A DNA stretch of 64,000 nucleotides, taken from NCBI GenBank assembly GCA_024508675.1, contig JANINQ010000001.1:435162-499161 (forward strand), given 5' to 3'. A program made the translations under genes and the position numbers. The notes under the pieces were generated by a model. That model did no database searches and was not told where the DNA came from. It saw only the letters and a program-made list of their open reading frames with translations. Origin of the DNA: Afipia sp. (GTDB lineage: Bacteria > Pseudomonadota > Alphaproteobacteria > Rhizobiales > Xanthobacteraceae). Below are positions 58,539-64,000 of the stretch, in pieces (the first letter of the stretch is position 1; every line of letters starts with the position of its first letter).

Positions 58539-58751
58539 TCAGGCGATGATGTCGGGCGTGATCTGATCTTCGATGAACGAAATGCGGTCGCGCAGTTGCA
58601 GCTTGCGCTTCTTCATGCGTTGCAATCGAAGCAGATCCGGTGCGGGAGATTCATGCAGCGCTTCGATCGCGGCATCCAGATCGCGATGCTCCTGCTGCAA
58701 CTGCGCCAGTTCAAGCGCGTATTCGTTGTTGTCCTGGTCTATCATAACCAT
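58539..58751 (-). CDS. YdcH/DUF465 family coiled-coil protein
   Basis: EHRDLDAAI...LQRMKKRKLQLRDRI...PDIIA. Confidence 0.9.
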   Translation of the reverse strand: MVMIDQDNNEYALELAQLQQEHRDLDAAIEALHESPAPDLLRLQRMKKRKLQLRDRISFIEDQITPDIIA

Positions 58752-58966
58752 CGTCGACTAAATCGCCCGGATAGTCAGCTAAGCATAGCTGAAAGCATCT
58801 GCATGATTGTCATTGCAGAAAATTGTTACCAACTCTACCGACGGTATCGCGGGACGGGTTCCCTCACAATTCGTTTCCTGTGTGCAAAAAAAATTTGAAC
58901 GGTTGTTTGGACTTCGCTGTCGACAGACGGCTCCTGTCATGTAGACTTCATCGTCCGGAACGGGTT

Positions 58967-58993
58967 CGGCAAAAGTGGATACCGGTTTTGCCG
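58967..58993. repeat. Short palindromic repeat, CCGAAAAG family variant
   Basis: CGGCAAAAGTGGATACCGGTTTTGCCG. Confidence 0.6.
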
Positions 58994-59107
58994 CGGAATT
59001 CGTTCCTGCTGAAACAAGGAGCGCGTTTTCTTCACGCGAACCGGACGCCACTTCGCTTGAAATCGTGCTTTGTCCGATCTGAGGTCCACTTGTAGAGGAG
59101 ACTTCTA

Positions 59108-59284
59108 ATGGCAATTCAGGCGCATCTCGTTGAACTGGAACGCAAACACGAAGTTCTGGAAAACGAATTGCACGACGCTCTCCAGCACCTTTCCACCGAC
59201 GATCTCCAGATTATCGAACTCAAGCGCCGCAAGCTGGTGCTCAAGGATCAGATCGAGCGTATCAAGAGCACGACGGTCCACTGA
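59108..59284 (+). CDS. YdcH/DUF465 family small protein (not in the ORF track)
   Basis: Manual translation MAIQAHLVELERKHEVLENEL...ELKRRKLVLKDQIERI; GAGGAG RBS. Confidence 0.9.
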   Translation: MAIQAHLVELERKHEVLENELHDALQHLSTDDLQIIELKRRKLVLKDQIERIKSTTVH

Positions 59285-59390
59285 CCTCCATCCTCGACGG
59301 AATCCCTCCGGCAGTTCAACGCGATGCTCGTGACGGCAGAAGTTGCCGTTGCGGGAATCGCTGACGGCCCGGTGTCACGTGCGACAACGG

Positions 59391-60515
59391 CTATGCTGGC
59401 AGGTTTGCGACGCGCGCCACTTCATCCGCGATGGCGAGGGATGAGGTCAGGCCGGGGGACTCGATTCCGAACAGGTTGATCAATCCCGTCAGGCCATGAT
59501 CTTGCAGCCCCTGGATCACGAAATCCTGCCGGGCGATGGCGGGGGGCACGATTTTGGGCCGGACGCCGGAATAGCTCGGTGTCAGAGCGCCGTCCGGGAG
59601 GGCGGGCCAGTAGCGACGGATCGCCGGATAGAACCGCTCGGACCGTGCCGGGTCCACCACATAGTCCAGGCTTGCCACATCAGGGCTTTCCACCCATTCG
59701 ACATCGGGGCCGAACTTCGCCTGGCCGCCAAGATCGATGGTCAGATGGACGCCGAGGCCGCCGGGTTCCGGCACCGGATAGATCAGGTGCGAAAACGGCG
59801 CGCGGGTGCTGCAGCTAAAATAATTGCCCTTGGCATAGTAACTCGTCGGAATGTGCTCGGGCGGCATGCCATCAATGGCGCGGGCGATGGCGGGCGCGCT
59901 CAGTCCCGCCGAATTGATCAGCATCCGGCACTGCAGCGCCATCGGCGTCTCGCCGCCGATCTCCACCTCGAAGCCGCCGGAAACCGCTTTCGCGCGCAGC
60001 AGCGGCGCATGAAAGGCCAGTGCGCCGCCTGCGTCTTCGATCTCCCCGCGCAGCGCCAGCATATAGGCGTGGCTGTCCACAATGCCGGTCGAAGGCGACA
60101 GCAGGGCGCCGACGCAGTTCAGCGCCGGTTCGAGCGCGCGGGCTTCCTCGCCGGTCAACACCCTCATGTCGTCGACGCCGTTGGCTTCGGCATGGGCCTT
60201 GATCGACGTGAGCTTGTCGCGCTCGTTGTCAGCCGTTGCGACGATCAGCTTGCCGCAGCGGCGATAGGGAATGCCGCGCTGGTCGCAATAGGCGTAGAGA
60301 GCCTTCTTTCCGGCCACGCACATCCGGGCCATCAGGCTTCCGGCCGGATAATAGATTCCGGCGTGGATCACCTCGCTGTTGCGTGAAGATGTTCCGGTCC
60401 CGATGTCACCGGCAGCCTCGACCACGATGACTTCGAGTCCGGCCTGTGCCAGTCGTCGCGCGGTTGCGAGGCCGACCACACCGGCGCCGACAACGACGCA
60501 CTCAACCTTGTCCAT
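59391..60515 (-). CDS. FAD-dependent oxidoreductase, L-2-hydroxyglutarate oxidase (LhgO) family
   Basis: [42 protein letters not shown]. Confidence 0.9.
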   Translation of the reverse strand: MDKVECVVVGAGVVGLATARRLAQAGLEVIVVEAAGDIGTGTSSRNSEVIHAGIYYPAGSLMARMCVAGKKALYAYCDQRGIPYRRCGKLIVATADNERDKLTSIKAHAEANGVDDMRVLTGEEARALEPALNCVGALLSPSTGIVDSHAYMLALRGEIEDAGGALAFHAPLLRAKAVSGGFEVEIGGETPMALQCRMLINSAGLSAPAIARAIDGMPPEHIPTSYYAKGNYFSCSTRAPFSHLIYPVPEPGGLGVHLTIDLGGQAKFGPDVEWVESPDVASLDYVVDPARSERFYPAIRRYWPALPDGALTPSYSGVRPKIVPPAIARQDFVIQGLQDHGLTGLINLFGIESPGLTSSLAIADEVARVANLPA

Positions 60516-60592
60516 GGACGATCCGCTTGACCGGAGAGGTTTTTGGGTTGCTCATTTTTTGTCCAGTTCGCGGCGCTGCATTGCACCTAGCG

Positions 60593-60607
60593 TTAGGGCT
60601 TGGTTAA
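60593..60607. promoter_or_regulatory. CtrA-like box
   Basis: TTAG-N7-TTAA upstream of the PAS-GGDEF-EAL gene. Confidence 0.4.
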
Positions 60608-60719
60608 GCATAGCAAGCCAATTGCTCGCATTTAAGCCACATTGACTGCAGCGTGGGCTTACGCGTTTACCCGATCCAAACAGGTACAGCCAGAGACTGC
60701 GGAAGAAGAATTCCGTGGA

Positions 60720-63443
60720 ATGGTAATGAGCGGCTGGCAGAAGCAAGCACGAGCTACCACAGCGAGCCGGGCATGGTTTGCTGCGTGTCTGTGCGTCTCG
60801 ATTTTGACGTCTGGAAGCGCGGTTGCGCAGATCGTTGCCAATCCCGATGGCACATTCTCCGCCGTGGCGGTGGAAGGTCCGCAGACCGCGCTGATCTGGC
60901 AAGTGGTGATCGGTGGCCTTGTGATTGTCGCGTTTCTTGGCGCGATCATTGTCTGGGTTTCCGCCGCGCTGCGCCGTGCGCGCCACGCCAACATCCGCCG
61001 CGCGAGCTTTGTTTCCGGCGCTCTCAACAGCCTGACCACCGGCATCGTCATGGTGGATGCGCGCAAGCGCGTCGTGTTCTGCAATGATCGCTATCTGCAG
61101 ATGTACGGGTTTGCCCGTGCGGAAATCACGTCCGGAATAACGGCGCGCGAACTGACCGAACTGCGTGCCGGGCGGGGCATGCTGTGCGGCGACATTGACG
61201 AATACTATCGCAATGTCAGGCGCGAAAACGGGTATGTCTGCGAGCTCAAGGACGGTCGCTCCATCCTGATCAAGCATCGCGATCTGGCCAATGGCGGCAT
61301 CATCTCGACGCACGAGGACTGCACCGAACAGCGCCGGATGTCGAAGAAGCTCGCCACCACCACTCATTTCCTCGAGTCGGTGATCGACAACATCCCGGTC
61401 TGTGTTGCCGCGAAAAGCATCGAGGATGGCCGTTACATCCTGGCCAATCGCGCTTTCGAGCAGTTTGCTGGCATCAGCCGCGACCGGATCATCGGTCATA
61501 CGGCGGAGAAGGTCTACGTGCCCGAGGCTGCGAAAGCCGTGGCGCAGGCCGATCATGACGCTATCACGTCCCCGACCAGCCAGACGCGGACCGAGCTGCT
61601 GATCGAGCACCACGGCGAAAAGCGCCTCGTGGCCTGCAACCGGATGATCGCGCGCGACGAAAAGGGCAAGCCGGAATTTCTTGTCGCCCTGTTTGAAGAT
61701 GTCACCGAGCGCCGGTCGCTCTCGCGCGAAGTCCAGAGCGCGAAGAAGTTCCTCGAAACCGTCGTCGACAACATCCCGGTTTCGGTGGTGGTGAAGCGGC
61801 TCAGCGACGGCCAGTATGTGCTTGCCAATCGCGGTGCCGCGGCAACGCTCAATCGCTCGCGTGAGGATCTCATCGGCCGCACCATCGAGGACATTTATAG
61901 TCCTACGGATGCTGTGTTTATCCGCAAGCGCGACGACGATGCTGTCCGCAAGCAGGGCATCGTCACCGAAGAGCACCCGATCCAGACCGAAAACGGCCTG
62001 CGTCTGTTCCTGATACGCCGCGTGACCGTGCTCGATGACGAGGGCAAGCCGCAATATCTGATCAAGACCAATGAGGACATCACCGACCGGCGCGAGACGG
62101 AATCGCGCATGGCCCACATGGCCTACCACGACACGCTGACGGAGTTGCCGAACCGCGCCGCGTTCCTGCAGGCGCTGGAGCAGATGATCGACGCCTGCGA
62201 GAGCACCGATGAGGAGTTCGCGGTTCTGTCGCTCGATCTCGACCGCCTCAAGGAAATCAACGACGTCTTCGGTCACGAGGTCGGCGACCAACTGCTGATC
62301 GAATTCTCGCGCCGTCTTGAATCCGTGATCGCGGGTGGTGTTGTCGCACGTCTTAGCGGCGACGAATTCGGCCTGATCATCGATGGCCTGCAGCCCGACT
62401 CCGCGAGAGCGCTTGCCGCACGGCTGATGCAGTCGATGCAAACCGAGTTCATCTTCGACGGACGTGCGGTCCGCATCGGCCTCACCATCGGCATCTCGGT
62501 CTATCCGCGCAATGGCCGCGATGCCGAGACGTTGCTCACCAATGCCGATGCCGCGCTGTTCCGCGCCAAGACCACGGCGCGCGGGTCGATCAATTTCTTC
62601 GACATGGAGCTGGACCAGCAGTTGCGCGACCGCCGCGCGCTGCATCAGGATCTGTCGACGGCGATCCGCAATGGCGAACTGTCGCTGCACTATCAGCCGC
62701 AGGCGCGCGCCCGTCACAAGATGAAGTCCGATCACGTTCTCGGCTTCGAGGCGCTGGCGCGGTGGACGCATCCGGTGCGCGGCTTCGTTCCGCCCGGCGA
62801 CTTCATCCCGCTGGCGGAAGAGAGCGGCCTCATTGTCGAGATGGGCGAGTGGATTCTGCGCAAGGCCTGCCACGAGGCGGCATCCTGGCCGAAGGACTTG
62901 CAGATCGCGGTCAACCTGTCGCCCGCCCAGTTCTTGCATGGCGACCTCGTCGGCCTCGTTCACTCCATTTTGCTCGAGACCGGGCTGGCTCCTGGACGGC
63001 TGGAACTCGAGATCACCGAAGGCGTGCTGATCGAGGATTTCGACCGCGGCCTGTCGCTGCTGCGGCGTCTGAAGGCGCTCGGTGTGCGCATTGCGATGGA
63101 CGATTTCGGCAGCGGCTATTCCTCGCTGACCTATCTGCAGGCGTTCCCGTTCGACAAGATCAAGATCGACCGCGCGTTTGTCATGAATCTGGGCCGCAAC
63201 CCGCAGTCGGCGGCGATCATCCGTGCGATGATCGGCCTCGGCCATGGCCTGAACATTTCCATCGTCGCCGAAGGCGTGGAAACGCAGGAACAGCTTTCGT
63301 TCCTCGCGGACGAAGCCTGCGATCAGGTGCAGGGATACTTGCTTGGCAAGCCGGCGCCGATCGAGACCTATGCCGAATGGATCGGCCGCGCCCGAATTCC
63401 GTCCGGCAAGTCCGTCGTCAGGATTCCGCGCAAGGTGGGTTGA
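60720..63443 (+). CDS. Membrane-anchored multi-PAS GGDEF-EAL protein (probable c-di-GMP phosphodiesterase)
   Basis: TM segment, three PAS-like repeats, SGDEF variant, intact EAL, DDFGSGYS, EGVE, QGY; start uncertain. Confidence 0.92.
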   Translation: MVMSGWQKQARATTASRAWFAACLCVSILTSGSAVAQIVANPDGTFSAVAVEGPQTALIWQVVIGGLVIVAFLGAIIVWVSAALRRARHANIRRASFVSGALNSLTTGIVMVDARKRVVFCNDRYLQMYGFARAEITSGITARELTELRAGRGMLCGDIDEYYRNVRRENGYVCELKDGRSILIKHRDLANGGIISTHEDCTEQRRMSKKLATTTHFLESVIDNIPVCVAAKSIEDGRYILANRAFEQFAGISRDRIIGHTAEKVYVPEAAKAVAQADHDAITSPTSQTRTELLIEHHGEKRLVACNRMIARDEKGKPEFLVALFEDVTERRSLSREVQSAKKFLETVVDNIPVSVVVKRLSDGQYVLANRGAAATLNRSREDLIGRTIEDIYSPTDAVFIRKRDDDAVRKQGIVTEEHPIQTENGLRLFLIRRVTVLDDEGKPQYLIKTNEDITDRRETESRMAHMAYHDTLTELPNRAAFLQALEQMIDACESTDEEFAVLSLDLDRLKEINDVFGHEVGDQLLIEFSRRLESVIAGGVVARLSGDEFGLIIDGLQPDSARALAARLMQSMQTEFIFDGRAVRIGLTIGISVYPRNGRDAETLLTNADAALFRAKTTARGSINFFDMELDQQLRDRRALHQDLSTAIRNGELSLHYQPQARARHKMKSDHVLGFEALARWTHPVRGFVPPGDFIPLAEESGLIVEMGEWILRKACHEAASWPKDLQIAVNLSPAQFLHGDLVGLVHSILLETGLAPGRLELEITEGVLIEDFDRGLSLLRRLKALGVRIAMDDFGSGYSSLTYLQAFPFDKIKIDRAFVMNLGRNPQSAAIIRAMIGLGHGLNISIVAEGVETQEQLSFLADEACDQVQGYLLGKPAPIETYAEWIGRARIPSGKSVVRIPRKVG

Positions 63444-63512
63444 CGCCCGCCAACCGTCCGCACAAGCCGTCAGACTTGACTCGCGCCGATCGCCATCGGA
63501 GATCATCGCGGC

Positions 63513-64000
63513 ATGGCGGATGTCGACATCGCGATCATCGGGGGCGGTCTCAACGGTGTGTGCATTGCGCGCGATGCCGCTGGCCGCGGTCTGCGGGTTG
63601 CGCTGTTCGAGCAGGGCGATCTCGGCAGCGGTGCCGCCATGGCGGCTCCGCATCTGATGCACGGCGATTTCATCGATCTGGAGCGCGGCCGCGCCCGCCG
63701 CGTTCGCGCGGCTCTCACCGAGCGGGGCGCGGCGCTGTGTGTCGCGCCGCATCTGGTACGCCCCACGCGCTTTGTGCTGCCGCTCCATGCCGATGAACGG
63801 CCGCCTGCGATGCTGCGGGCCGGGCTTTTCTTTTACGACAGGCTTGCAGGACAAAGCCGGTTACCCCGTCCAGAGATTCTCGATCTGACGATCGACGAGG
63901 CCGGCCATCCGCTGAAACGCTCGCTCGGTCTGGCGCTGGCATGGTCCGATTGCACCGTGGATGAATCACGCCTCGTGGTTCTCAACGCGGTCGATGCTGC
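63513..64000 (+). CDS. GlpD-like FAD-dependent oxidoreductase, divergent (runs off the right edge)
   Basis: Manual translation MADVDIAIIGGGLNG..IARDAAGRGL..FEQGD..APHLVRP..WSDCTVDESRLVVLNAVDA. Confidence 0.85.
   Translation, partial: MADVDIAIIGGGLNGVCIARDAAGRGLRVALFEQGDLGSGAAMAAPHLMHGDFIDLERGRARRVRAALTERGAALCVAPHLVRPTRFVLPLHADERPPAMLRAGLFFYDRLAGQSRLPRPEILDLTIDEAGHPLKRSLGLALAWSDCTVDESRLVVLNAVDA

Noticed and set aside
60552-63854. 1100-aa minus-strand ORF
   Set aside because: Antisense shadow of the PAS-GGDEF-EAL and GlpD-like genes; no motifs; expected from high-GC codon bias

Overview
GC-rich alphaproteobacterial chromosome segment, most consistent with Nitrobacteraceae/Bradyrhizobiaceae (inferred from gene content and protein style). 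There is no phage, integrase, transposase or CRISPR array. A conserved backbone (hisN, MmgR/suhB sRNA, N-formylglutamate amidohydrolase, cpdR, tRNA-Val; rpmJ, pyk, gapR, mepK/ldtD-like pair, tacA, pepF, pntAB; rpsU, aqpZ, purKE) is interrupted by accessory blocks. These are a sigma-EcfG stress mini-regulon next to the tRNA, a pirin/WrbA/SDR/LysR block, an IclR-controlled HadAB-like + PhzS-like monooxygenase + 2 Bug cluster for an unknown substrate, an orphan CoxD/CoxE-like pair, a copper operon, and an FdsR-like regulator with an ALDH. The best lead is the copper operon. It has no transcriptional regulator in the block, but is headed by a secreted His/Cys-rich leader ending in an RPP motif. 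The codons right after RPP base-pair with the ribosome-binding site of the next gene, a CruR/CutF-like ribosome-stalling copper switch. All calls come from reading the sequence and recalled family motifs; no database searches were run.
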